A stretch of 64,000 nt of DNA from a virus (Duplodnaviria > Caudoviricetes), in IMG/VR virus record IMGVR_UViG_3300035498_000621, positions 64,001-128,000 of that record; one strand, given 5' to 3'. Below the pieces are notes generated by a model. That model saw only the letters and a list, made by a program, of their open reading frames with translations, was not told the DNA's origin and did no database searches. Numbering within the stretch: the stretch's first letter is position 1; every line of letters starts with the position of its first letter. The position numbers were made by a program, and so were the translations under genes. Shown here in pieces: positions 51,815-62,455 of the stretch.

Positions 51815-52678
51815 TTATTCAACAGTTTCTGTAACCGAATAATCTGGATAAGTATCTTTTTCTATTTGTTCGACTAATTTTTTATTTTTTGGGTCTTTCA
51901 TCCAAGCTACTACTGCATCATCGGTTGAACCTAGAATAACATCTCCGAAATAATAAATTCCTTTTTTAAGAGTAATTACATATTTCTTTTTAGCATTAAT
52001 AAATAGAATACGAGTAGTAGTATCTCCTCCAGTATATAGACTAATAATTTTGTCTGGATCCTTTTCTGCTGTTCTAATCAAAAAATCAATAACATCATTA
52101 ATATTTTGATTAAACATATCTTTACCAAGAATCAAAGCCATATTTCTTTGTCCTTCTGCTCCACGTTCATCATCATAAATATAACTCATAGCTCTATGTT
52201 GCAATTGCTTTCTAGAAACTCTACGAGCGGCATCAAGACCAGGACGATCAATATAAAGTTCTGCAACGCCATTACGACCAGGATTATTACTTTTTGGTTT
52301 AATGCCATCAATAATAAAATTACCTTTACTATCACGAGCATCACGACTTTTTGCAATTAACTTACAATTTTTAATACATTCCCATTCGGCTTTATCATAT
52401 GGATTTGTTAAATCATATTTTTTACCAGACATAACAACAAACATATGATCTTCTGGAAAAAATACAGCTCTACCTTCTGCATAGTCATTTCTTTCTCGTT
52501 CACTCATAATCATTTCACCAGAAGGATTAACTTTTTTTACACAAGGTGGAAATAGTCCAGTTTTAGGATCTCTACATGGTTGTATATAATATTTCATAGT
52601 TGAAACTTTATCATATACACTTCTTAAAATAATTACATCGTCTCTATAAACATTTTCAGATTTAGTTGTCTTTCCCAT
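51815..52678 (-). CDS. conserved crAss-like structural protein downstream of MCP (287 aa)
   Basis: Uninterrupted ORF; YDLTNPYDKAEW and KDPKNKKL motifs; canonical position next to the MCP. Confidence 0.75.
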   Translation of the reverse strand: MGKTTKSENVYRDDVIILRSVYDKVSTMKYYIQPCRDPKTGLFPPCVKKVNPSGEMIMSERERNDYAEGRAVFFPEDHMFVVMSGKKYDLTNPYDKAEWECIKNCKLIAKSRDARDSKGNFIIDGIKPKSNNPGRNGVAELYIDRPGLDAARRVSRKQLQHRAMSYIYDDERGAEGQRNMALILGKDMFNQNINDVIDFLIRTAEKDPDKIISLYTGGDTTTRILFINAKKKYVITLKKGIYYFGDVILGSTDDAVVAWMKDPKNKKLVEQIEKDTYPDYSVTETVE

Positions 52679-52706
52679 ATTAGTTCATATTATCATAAAA
52701 AATTTA

Positions 52707-52736
52707 ATAAGGGGAGGGTTTTACGGCTCCCCTTAT
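52707..52736 (-). terminator. hairpin/terminator after the major capsid gene
   Basis: ATAAGGGGAG-N10-CTCCCCTTAT; the U-tract is interrupted (TAAATTTTTT), so possibly leaky or mRNA-stabilising. Confidence 0.65.
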
Positions 52737-52770
52737 CTAATCTGCATCAACTTATTATTTTTAATTTTTA

Positions 52771-54198
52771 TTAGGCTTCCATAATGATAAAGCTGCGGAA
52801 TGGAGCAAATACAGCTACACCAGCAGTTGACATCATTACCATCTTAGAACCTGCAACATTAGTAGAAACATTACCACTAGATTTACCGTCTTCTCCTTGA
52901 ACACCGATAATCTTATTAGTAGTAAATTCTTTACCAGTTAAAGTAAATTTACCAATAGCAGGAACATTATTAGTTTTATCTCCAGTAAGATCAAGGCATA
53001 GAGCATAACCTTTATTGCCATATTCACGAGTCAAAGCTTTATCAGGAATAAAAGTAATAGTATTACCTCCCATTTCATAGCTATTGAAAGTAGCGCCAAC
53101 TTTAATGTAGCCACCTTCGCCTTTATTAGCACTCTTAGAATAGAAACAAGTATTATCAGTCTTAAGAGCCATTAGATACTGACCAAGAGTAGATTGAATA
53201 TCATTCCAGAATTTTTGTGTGCAAATAACAGTATAATGATTACCAGTAAGTTCTTGAGATTTTTCTGCCATTTCAGCAAATACTCTATTAAGAAGAGATA
53301 CTGTAATTTTGTTATTATAAACATATTTAGAAGCAAATGCTTCAACTTGAGGAATAACACCATCGCCAATTACAATTTGACGACTAGTATCAGGATCGCT
53401 AATGGTAGCGCGCATGTTAACGTCTACATTACCTTTATTACACAACAAACCTGTGTTCATTCCATACATGAACGATTCCATCAATTCCTTTTCTTTCTTA
53501 AGCATCTTAAAGACACCTTCTGATTTAGAAGCATCTTTATTATCAGAAATAGAAAGGAACATATTTTCTTGAGCAGCATATAAAGAAGACCAAGAAATAT
53601 CAGCACGGAAAGTAGTCATAGCGTTTCTATGTTTTTCCCAGCTTGACATAAATTTACTATAACCTTCTTCAGACAATTCAGGCACTGCCATAGATTTCCA
53701 AGTAGTAGTCATTCCAGGTTCACAAGCTTCATCATCAAGAATAGATGAATAATCATTATCAATAAGTCTAACTTGTACTTCCCAGTAATCATCACGCTTA
53801 CGAATTGGATGACTTAATACTTGACATTGCTGTCTGCTACCATCAATCATGAAAATATCATATTTTTGATAGTAATTTTCTTTAAATGCCATAGTAATTT
53901 CATTGCCATTTTCACCAAGTTCAGTTGGTTTTTCAGCAAATTCAATTTTCTTAACTTCACCATTATCAATTTCCCATTCATAGAATAGAGAATTAATTGT
54001 TTGATATTTACCAACGTTAGCATCATTATAAAAAATGTTTCTCAAACCATCAGTAATGAAGTTAATAGTATTTTGAGAGTAGAGACGAGCTACTACACCA
54101 AAACGATATGGTTTAGCACCAAGATAAGTAGACCAATCTTCATAGGTCTTAGTGTTTCCCATTGTAGGGATCTTAGATGTAAAATTCGCAACTAACAT
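52771..54198 (-). CDS. major capsid protein, crAss-like (475 aa)
   Basis: Size, codon usage distinct from neighbours, motifs YEWEI, IGDGVIPQ, GATFNSYE..GNTITF, C-terminal GVAVFAPFRS; flanked by scaffold gene and hairpin. Confidence 0.88.
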   Translation of the reverse strand: MLVANFTSKIPTMGNTKTYEDWSTYLGAKPYRFGVVARLYSQNTINFITDGLRNIFYNDANVGKYQTINSLFYEWEIDNGEVKKIEFAEKPTELGENGNEITMAFKENYYQKYDIFMIDGSRQQCQVLSHPIRKRDDYWEVQVRLIDNDYSSILDDEACEPGMTTTWKSMAVPELSEEGYSKFMSSWEKHRNAMTTFRADISWSSLYAAQENMFLSISDNKDASKSEGVFKMLKKEKELMESFMYGMNTGLLCNKGNVDVNMRATISDPDTSRQIVIGDGVIPQVEAFASKYVYNNKITVSLLNRVFAEMAEKSQELTGNHYTVICTQKFWNDIQSTLGQYLMALKTDNTCFYSKSANKGEGGYIKVGATFNSYEMGGNTITFIPDKALTREYGNKGYALCLDLTGDKTNNVPAIGKFTLTGKEFTTNKIIGVQGEDGKSSGNVSTNVAGSKMVMMSTAGVAVFAPFRSFIIMEA

Positions 54199-54211
54199 AT
54201 TTATTCTTTAA

Positions 54212-55291
54212 TTAAATATCATCTAAATCATCAAACATTTGTGATGCTTTAGAATTATTAGGTTTTTGTATATTTTTGTGTACAACTTTTGGAGCATCTT
54301 TTGCTTTCGCAATTCCTTTCTTATATCCTTCTTCTCTAGCTTTAGTAATCTCTTTATTGTAATAGTCTTCAATATCTCTTATAGTTTGCTCTCCATTCAA
54401 TGCAAACCAAGCCATTCTAACTAATACGTCTGGATCATTTAAAGCTTTTCCGAAATAACTATTACCAGCAGCATCGAATCCAGTTATGAATTCATACAAT
54501 TCTTGCATATCCTCTCCTGTCATGTCCAATTTTCCACCAGCCAATTCAGTAAAATTAGATACAGAATTTTCTATGGTATTAGCAAATCTTTGGAATTGTT
54601 CTTGAGCCTGTTGCTGTCTTTGAAATTGTTCTTGATATAAAATATCATTTTCTTTATTTTGATATTCAGTACGCATGGCCCCAATCTGCTTCTTAAATAA
54701 GGTTTCATTTTGTTTAGCCTTATCAAGAGCTTCAAAAGCTTCTTCCTCAGTTATATCTTGAGTCTTGCTAAGTAAATCCATTACAAACAATTCATCATCA
54801 CTAATCTCATCAACTCTATATGTTGGATTAGCATTTTGAGCTTGTTGCAGATAATTATTTAATGTGGACTATTGAATAGCCTACATATATTCATTAGGAC
54901 TCAAATTACTACGTCTAATCGCATTGATTAGTTCTATCTCAGAATCATCTAAATCAGTTTCTGGTGTTTTTGTCGATGAATTAAGAACATTAAGTTTGTC
55001 TTTATTTGACAAAGAATCCCAATCAACTTCTCCTATCTATCCATCCTCATCTTCGAATTTAATTTTTGACTTATCTTCTATCCCTCTAGCTTTTAGAAGC
55101 GATTGAATGATGTCATCATCTTCTTGTTCTTGATCAGAATGTGAATCCTAAGTATCATCTAGACCCTACTCCTCAAATTGATATTCTTCTTTTAGAGTAG
55201 AATCTGAGTTATCTTGAGTTGTGGTGTCATTCACATTTGCGGAAGAATAATTATCTTCCATAAAGTCTAAATCATCATTTTCCATTTCCAT
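54212..55291 (-). CDS. acidic scaffold-like protein (359 aa, code 15)
   Basis: MEMENDDLDF...; very acidic N-terminus, coiled coil, KALNDPDVLVRMAWF; immediately upstream of the MCP. Confidence 0.75.
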
Positions 55292-55316
55292 AAATACATT
55301 TTATTAAAGTTATATG

Positions 55317-55348
55317 CAAATATAATATTAAATAATAATTAATTGAAA
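55317..55348 (-). promoter_or_regulatory. promoter of the capsid operon
   Basis: TTTC-N20-TATATTTG; shares the 13-mer AATATTATATTTG with both intron promoters. Confidence 0.65.
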
Positions 55349-55429
55349 TTATTATCATATTTATTTGTAATATCAATTTATATATTATTTTATTTATTTT
55401 TTAAATAATTAACTATTTAAAATATATTA

Positions 55430-57628
55430 TTAAAATTCTTTAACTTCAAAATTTTTAGTAGAATCATCATAAGTTCCACTTACATAATAAGATTTATCAG
55501 AAGAATAGCTTATATTTGTGTATTTCATTTTAAGTAATTTTATATTAATTTGAGGAATACAACGTGAAATTATTATATTATCCTAATCTATATTAGAATC
55601 AGGAGTATCCATTAAATATTCATCATCTATTCCTTCAGGCTAATCAGTACGTACACAAGTTCCTACAGTAAACTATATATTTCCATTTGTAGAATAACTA
55701 TTTGCTGAAGTTTGAAAATATAAGTCTACATTCACCTAATTAATATTATTAGATTTAGATATAGAAACATTTGCAGATCCATTAAATAAAACATTTCCCA
55801 TATTTCTTATATAAATAGGAAATGATGAAATATTCCAACCTACTTCATCTGAATAAAATGATTTTCTAATTTGAAGAGAATCATTATCAAATATTCCATT
55901 ATAAATATAATCTCTCCAAAGCATTTCAAACCATAATTTACATTCCCATGGTTTTGTTTCCCATAATTTAGGAGATGACCAAAAATTAGCTGTAGAATAT
56001 TTTGTTTTTTCTTCTTTATATTTAACACCTTCTAAATTTACATCAATACTACATGTTTTATCAGATGTATTATTTTTAAATCCCCAATATATATTATTAT
56101 GCGATGCATTTAAACATGTATTTCTATCTTTATTAAAATCATTAATAGATGTTAATTCAATAGTACGATCATAGAATAAATCTATTACTCTATATCCAGT
56201 TCCATTTAATAAACTTTCCCAATAACTAATTGTAGCATTAGATTTTAATTCAGTATCACAACGCCATATATAATAAAATCCATCAACATATGGAACATTA
56301 TTTGTATCAATATCTGATAATGTTAACATTTGTTCATATAAATCAGCGGGATATCTCTATTCTCCATTATTATTAGCAAGATAATTAATTGTAGGTTCTA
56401 TATATCCAGATAAAATTAATTTATTTTTCTAATATCCGCAGACATAACCAGCAGGATAATAACAAGCTGATGTTCCATCTTCATATATAGTTCTGCTTAT
56501 ATCAGAAGATGCAAAATATTTATAATATTCTCCTTCATCAATTATATGAAATTCTTTAACTAAAGTCCAATTTCCAAGACCATCTGAATACCAAAGATAA
56601 CCATCATCATTACTAGTACAACTATCAATATCAGAACCAAGATATTGTGGAGAACTAGGCAATAAATTTCCATCATCGTCGGATTCATTAGTAGCTGAAT
56701 AATAATATCCAATTTTCTAATTACCAGATGATGCTGTTTCTACATTTAATCCATCTCTTACTACTAATTTATCAATTTCTAATATTGATTTATTATTTAA
56801 TAAATATAATTTAAATCCAGATCTATCTGTAGCATTTGGAGATTTAAATGAATTAGATATAATATCAACATTTGATAACAATTCATGATCATCAATTGTA
56901 ATTATATTATCATCATTAACATTAAATTTAGTTCCATAAATAGTATCAATATTTAAATAATTATCTTCAGAATATAAATAGACTGAATCAAAAGTTAAAG
57001 AATTGCCAATTCCAGTACCTTGAATAAATAAAGAACCATCCACTGGATTAGAATTAGCAATTATAAATTTAGAAGTAAATGGATTAGGAAAATCAGTGGT
57101 AAATTCAGATAATTCTCCATTATTTACTATATATAATTTTTTAGTTGATTCTATATATACAATTCCATACTAAATACTAGAATTAAAAGATTCAACATCA
57201 TCATATATAAATCCAATATTTTTTAATGCTGTTAATTTCTAATCACTAGTAGTATCTTGTATATCTAAAAAAGAAACATAAGTATTTCCAGATTCACCTA
57301 TTATATTAATTATATTTGATCCGGATTTAAGATAAATTGAACCATCATCAAGAACATAAATTCCGTCTTTAGATCCAATTTTATCATAAGTTTTTACTTT
57401 AAATAAAAATGAAGTATCTACATTTAAATCTCCATCTTTAATAATATCTATATATTTATTACCCCACTAAACTTTAACTTGACCTTTTGTTTTTAAAATT
57501 AAATCTGAATTAGAAGTTCCAAGCTAATTATATGATCTTCCAAATAATTGTATATTATTTTTACTTTCTAGCTATTCTATTCTAGATTTTAAAGATTCTA
57601 TTTCTTTAAGTAAAGATGATTCTGACAT
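55430..57628 (-). CDS. putative tail/structural protein (732 aa, code 15)
   Basis: MSESSLL start overlapping the endolysin stop (TAATG); three fragments in frame; SILEIDKLVVR motif. Confidence 0.7.
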
Positions 57629-58239
57629 TATTTAATATTAGCATATTCAGTTTTTGCATCAAATGATGGACAATCCTTATTAGCAAATTCTCTATGTCCA
57701 TGAATAGTAGCTTTTGGATATTTAGATTTAAGCTATTTCAATAATTTAATTAAAGATTCTTTTTGTTTATCAGTTCTTGTGTCTTTAGCTTTTTTATTTG
57801 TACTATCCATGCCACCAATATAACATATTCCAATTGATTTACTATTATGTCCTGTACAATGAGCACCAATTACATTTTCCTATCTTCCAACATTAATTGA
57901 ACCATCACGATAAATTACATAATGATATCCAATATCTTTAAAACCTCTAGCTAAATGCCATTCTCTAATTTGAGAAACTGTATAGTCTTTACCTTCTGGA
58001 GTAGCTGAACAATGAATTATAATTTCAGTAATATTACGAGTATTAGAATTTGCATTTAAACCAAGTGCTTCCCAAGTTTTATCTCCTACTATTCCATCAG
58101 CAATTAATCCATTGGTTTTCTAAAATTCTTTTACAGCTTCTTCAGTAACTTGTCCAAAAATGCCATCTGCTATACAATTTAATTTTTTCTAAAGAGTTTT
58201 TACATCCTCTCCTTTACTTCCAAGTTTAATAGTAGTCAT
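57628..58239 (-). CDS. endolysin: N-terminal peptidoglycan-binding domain plus N-acetylmuramoyl-L-alanine amidase (Amidase_2/T7 lysozyme type), 203 aa, 4 in-frame TAG; absent from the ORF track
   Basis: GSKGEDVKTL(Q)..DGIFG..AVKEF(Q)..GL.ADGIVG.KTW; IIIHCSAT, IGYHYVI, GAHC.GHN..SIGICYIGG, GHRE...K.CPSF. Confidence 0.93.
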
Positions 58240-58298
58240 TTTATATATTTTATTATTTTAATAATCAATTAACAAAAATTTATATTTTAAATATAAAT

Positions 58299-58334
58299 AA
58301 AAAGTGCTAGAAATCAAAATTAACTTCTAGCACT
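58299..58334 (-). terminator. intrinsic terminator closing the five-gene module
   Basis: AGTGCTAGAA-loop-TTCTAGCACT followed by TTTT. Confidence 0.7.
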
Positions 58335-58346
58335 AAAAAATAATAA

Positions 58347-58724
58347 TTATATCATATCCTCCCATTCAATTGGAATTCCAAGTTTAGCAATATCTGAATA
58401 CCATCTATTAAAAACTAAATTTGATTCTTTTTCAAATATATCTTTTATAAATAAAATAAAATGTTTTTCATCAATTATACTTGATCCATATAAAACAGAT
58501 TTACACCAATTTGCAACATATACAGCGTCATACAATTTAGCATTTGGAATTTCTATTTTATGTGCTTGTAAAAGAATATCAAGTTTTTCTTTAGAATAAT
58601 CTTGTTTTTCTAAATTACTACAAGCAAATTCACATAATTTTTTATTAAAATGTTCTCCGTAATATCTTAAGTAATTTATAAACCCTTCTGGTTTAATATC
58701 ATATTTAGTAAAATCATCAGTCAT
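58347..58724 (-). CDS. module gene E, conserved hypothetical (125 aa)
   Basis: MTDDFTKYD...YLRYYGEHFNKKLCEFA...YDAVYVAN...FNRWYSD...IEWEDMI; ATG 58724 preferred because the track's longer start lies within the hairpin region. Confidence 0.8.
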   Translation of the reverse strand: MTDDFTKYDIKPEGFINYLRYYGEHFNKKLCEFACSNLEKQDYSKEKLDILLQAHKIEIPNAKLYDAVYVANWCKSVLYGSSIIDEKHFILFIKDIFEKESNLVFNRWYSDIAKLGIPIEWEDMI

Positions 58725-58735
58725 AATAATAAAAT

Positions 58736-58771
58736 AAAAAATAGGCGAAAGCTTATAAGAGCCTCCGCCTA
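58736..58771 (-). terminator. intrinsic terminator/attenuator between module genes D and E
   Basis: TAGGCGGAGGCT-CTTATA-AGCTTTCGCCTA-TTTTTT. Confidence 0.75.
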
Positions 58772-58779
58772 CCACTTAA

Positions 58780-58968
58780 TTAATAAACATATCTGCCTTT
58801 TCGAGTTCTAATTGTTTCAACTTCTTCGTCCTCTCCTTCATCTTCGTCGTACACTTCTGAATGTTCTGCTAACTTTTTTATAAGTTTGCAGGCTAATTTT
58901 TTAATTCTATAAAGATGCTCTATAGTATCTTCATATTGTTCTCCTTTAATTTCAATAAATCCTTTCAT
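58780..58968 (-). CDS. module gene D, small charged protein (62 aa)
   Basis: ORF track; acidic tract then RTRKGRYVY tail. Confidence 0.75.
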   Translation of the reverse strand: MKGFIEIKGEQYEDTIEHLYRIKKLACKLIKKLAEHSEVYDEDEGEDEEVETIRTRKGRYVY

Positions 58969-58976
58969 AATAATAA

Positions 58977-59456
58977 TTAATTACTTTCGTCTTTAGATAG
59001 AATAGATATTAGTTTGTCCATTTTATTTTCTAGACCTCCAATTTTATTTTTTAAATTACTAATATCCTCATCTCTTTCTTTTTCTTTCGCAAATCTAGGA
59101 TTAAGATTCTTTAAAATTTCTTCACAAGATTCAATCACTTTTTGATGATACGAAATACTATCTACAATATTCTTACTGTTTGATAACATATTATCAACTT
59201 CATTAGACATTAATTCTTTAGTTTCAGTTATAGTTACATTGTTATAACTAGCAACTGATAAAGATCCAACAATATTCTAAAAGTCCATTGTCTAATCTCC
59301 TACTTTCACATTAATGTTAACAGTTGATCCATTTACTAAAAAATTATTATTATATGTAGGTTGAGAAACACTAGTTACCTATCCTATTTTAAGAGTCGGA
59401 TTTTCTCCTTTTTCTAAAATATATAATATACTACCCTATCGTAAAGCAGAAAACAT
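58977..59456 (-). CDS. module gene C, beta-rich N-terminus plus coiled coil (159 aa, code 15)
   Basis: MFSALR(Q)GSILYILEKGENPTLKIG(Q)VTSVSQP...LNPRFAKEKERDEDI. Confidence 0.8.
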
Positions 59457-59469
59457 AATTTTAATTTAA

Positions 59470-59934
59470 TTAATTTGTAGCGGTATTAGTAGATTTAGTA
59501 CTAGATGCAGATGAAGTAAATTCCAAAAACCTCATAGTGCCAGTCCGCTTATTTAAATATGCAAATCTTTGAGTATTACTTTCTATATCACAACCTAATA
59601 CATTATTATCCTAACTATCTACAATATTTATTGTATTATTACCAGAAGTATCGCTATTAACTGTTGTAGTAGCATTTCCTCTATATGGTATAGCTAAGGT
59701 AACTGGAAGATTTGAACAATCTGATGGAACAGCTTCGTGTACCTATAATAATACTAAACATTCACAAGGAAGTTCATTATATAAATTAGGATTTACTCCA
59801 TAATCTATACTTTTATCATTTGTCTATACACTATTAGTATTTAAAACATAAATTCCACCAACATCAAGTCTTTGAATATTAGATCTTTGTGTAAGTATTT
59901 CAGGAAAAGTAATTACAGGATTATAATTCCACAT
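59470..59934 (-). CDS. module gene B, beta-rich hypothetical (154 aa, code 15); absent from the ORF track
   Basis: MWNYNPVITFP...RLDVGGIY...LPVTLAIP...YLNKRTG; three TAG; TAA 59472-59470. Confidence 0.78.
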
Positions 59935-59948
59935 ATTTACCCCCTTTC

Positions 59949-60911
59949 TCAACAATTACAACCTCCACTTAAAGTAGAAATACCACTAGCAACATTTAAT
60001 CCATAATTAACAGGAATAAATCCTCCCATTGCTGGAGTATAAGGAACTTTAGCAACTAAAGGTTGATTACATTCTATAGAAGCTAATCTAGAACTTAAAT
60101 CACAAAGTGAAGTATTAATTGGCGTAACAGCTTGACTAATCATTTGTCCAAATGTGGCAGTTTGTACCTATTGAGAAAGTTGAGACTGCAATTGACTCTT
60201 AGATTCTCTTAATGCATCAATTTTATCATACAATGCTTGAGTTTGCATTGCATCAAGTTTTCCAATTATAGCATTAGTATTTGCAGATGCTCCATCTCTT
60301 AAAGAAATAGCATTGCTATTAATACTATTAGTTATACTATTAGTTTGCTGACAATTAGCAAGCTGATTCTAGTATCCTTGTTCGGTAATTGCTTGTCTTA
60401 TATTGCAACACGATTGTGATAATTGATTAGCAATAGCACAATCTCCTGATTGAACAGCATTAATTACTTGTTGCGATGACATACCAACTTGATTACCAAC
60501 ACTTTGAATCTACGACATAACTCCGTTAATGGCCTGTTGAATGTTACCAGCAGAGCAATTAAGGGTTGAAGCAAGCTAACTAATAGCACTACCATTTCCA
60601 TTTATTGCCTACATTAAAAGTTCTCGACCAGCATCATTATTTATCTAACTTGATAAATAATCGACTCCTTGAGTAGTAGCTCGGTTTCCGCCGAAACCTC
60701 CCCAACCACCGCCTCCCCATCCCATGAGGAAGAATAGGAAAATAACCCACATGAACCAGCCGCCTTCACCTCCGAAACCATTATTATTTTTCATAAGTGC
60801 AAGAACACCTGGATCAATACCTCTCTAAGATAGCATTGGTCCTAAAAGGGACATCAAACCACTGTTTCCAGTACTTTGTTCTGGAAACATAAAAACTTTA
60901 CTGTCTGACAT
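59949..60911 (-). CDS. module gene A: Gly/Trp-rich membrane segment, long Gln/Asn coiled coil and Cys motifs (320 aa, code 15)
   Basis: GFGGEGGWFMWVIFLFFLMGWGGGGWGGFGG; QSCCN; IECNQP; ends GGCNC. Confidence 0.85.
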
Positions 60912-61017
60912 AAATATAAATTTAATTTTTGGTTATGAGTAATCGAATCTGATCTTTTAATAATTATATCTATTTAACTATGGTACCATGTAAAATCTTC
61001 GTCAAAATTTTGACACA

Positions 61018-61048
61018 CAAAATTAGTAATGAAAATTCAATATTCAAA
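61018..61048 (-). promoter_or_regulatory. Bacteroidota sigma70-type promoter of the five-gene module
   Basis: TTTG-N19-TAATTTTG, exact consensus, downstream of two terminators. Confidence 0.7.
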
Positions 61049-61087
61049 TATAATAATGTTAAAAAATGTTAAAATTAATATAAAATA

Positions 61088-61127
61088 ATATCCGAACCTT
61101 AAACTATAAAATTTAAGATTCGGATAT
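61088..61127 (-). terminator. hairpin/terminator
   Basis: ATATCCGAATCTTAAA-loop-TTTAAGGTTCGGATAT followed by TATTTT. Confidence 0.6.
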
Positions 61128-61132
61128 ACATA

Positions 61133-61163
61133 AAAAGGAAAATCCGACTTTTTAAGCCGGATT
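61133..61163 (-). terminator. intrinsic terminator
   Basis: AATCCGGCTT-AAA-AAGTCGGATT-TTCCTTTT directly at the stop of the membrane protein gene. Confidence 0.6.
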
Positions 61164-61636
61164 TATCCAAAAATTATTGATATGTAAATATTTAAAAATG
61201 CTATATTTTCTACCCAAAATAATTTATTTTTTGCTTTTAATATTAATATTATTATTAATATAATTCCTAATATAATAGGAATAATATATATTCCACATAC
61301 TATATTCCAAATTAAAGATATAATAGATGCTAAAATAGCAAAACTCATGTGTATAAATCTATTTTCTCCTAAATATTTAGGAGCTAAACCAACAATACTT
61401 AACGATATTACTGATAAAAAAGATAAAAACTAAAAATTAATTGGACTAATTTCGACCCAAGCTGGAAAAATTAAAAATGACACCAATAACATCCAAATAG
61501 TAAATAATTCTTTCTTTTTTATATAATAATAAGTTTCAGATATACAACTTGGTTTATATTTTATATAAGTAATAGATGTATATGTAAAATATAAAATTAT
61601 TGATAATAATAAACATATTAAAGCAAATATACTCAT
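61163..61636 (-). CDS. polytopic membrane protein (157 aa, code 15)
   Basis: Fragments 61430-61636 and 61163-61348 joined via one TAG; 4-5 hydrophobic helices. Confidence 0.8.
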
Positions 61637-62361
61637 ATATTAAATGTTAATTTATCAGGGTATCCCTATTTATAATCATAATTCTAAACATCTTCTACAG
61701 AAGTTAAATTACTTACATTTACTTTATGTTCAGCTGTTTTATTATAACATTCTAATGCATATAATTCTAGTGCGCTGAGCATTTGAATAGCAGCATCGGT
61801 ATTTATAGTTAATTTAATATTTCCAAACCATAAAGTAGATTCTTCTTTTCCTGATTCTTTTTCAATATTAAGAGAATTCATTAATCCTACTCTAGTTGAT
61901 TTATCAAGCCATACTTGAAGATCATTTAAAATAAATGAATTTACTTCTGAAGATGTATCATATGTATCTATTTCTTTAATTACTTTATTAATAGCAGATT
62001 CTAATTCAGTAGGTTTTTCTTTAATACCTAAATCAATCTATACCATCTCATATATATCTTCAACAAGAGAATTTACTTCATCACTAATATTTGGACTATT
62101 TAAAGTATTATATAAAGAAGTTCCTGATTCATCAATATAAGCTTTTAAAACAGCTTCATAACATTTATTCAGTGTAGGAGTACCAGAAATTCTAACTTGT
62201 CCATAATTATATCTAGTTTCTTCTTTAAAATCATCACTTCCAAATTCTTTAATTGATATTATATTTGATTCAATATCAAAATTATAATACCAAATTCCAT
62301 TATTTAATGATTCAAAATTTTTAGGTTTAATTGAACAATTTACTTTATTAATTTTAAACAT
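61633..62361 (-). CDS. DUF4376-like protein, probable tail-fibre assembly chaperone (242 aa, code 15)
   Basis: VWLDKSTRVGLMNS...LELYALECYNKTAEHK...YDY.QGYP; adjacent to the fibre gene; ATGA overlap. Confidence 0.72.
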
Positions 62362-62455
62362 AATTACAATTTAATAATATTAAATAGTATAGTTAAAAAT
62401 TAAAAATATTTTATATCTATTAAGAGATTAACTTTATTAATCTCCTTATTTATAT

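Noticed and set aside
5893-55106. All + strand ORFs in the track (5893, 8665, 9760, 10035, 18806, 21776, 32849, 38097, 38550, 48692, 49978, 52106, 53194, 54001, 54924)
   Set aside because: Antisense shadows of long - strand genes, with Ile/Phe/Ser-rich composition and no motifs
55292-55429. Suppressor tRNA or ncRNA in the intergenic gaps (also 34109-34204 and 62362-62455)
   Set aside because: Almost pure A/T, with no cloverleaf or T-loop signature
632-56028. Alternative-frame - strand ORFs (632, 31168, 35169, 39728, 48293, 49159, 50841, 53172, 55840)
   Set aside because: Nested out of frame within better-supported code-15 genes; Leu/Met/Gln-rich shadow composition
7206-61636. TGA read-through (code 4)
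   Set aside because: TGA is the genuine stop at many ATGA junctions (7206, 19840, 28857, 30758, 34765, 47218, 61633)
61163-61636. Holin call for the membrane protein
   Set aside because: It is 3 kb from the lysin, coupled to the fibre chaperone, and has no recognisable holin signature
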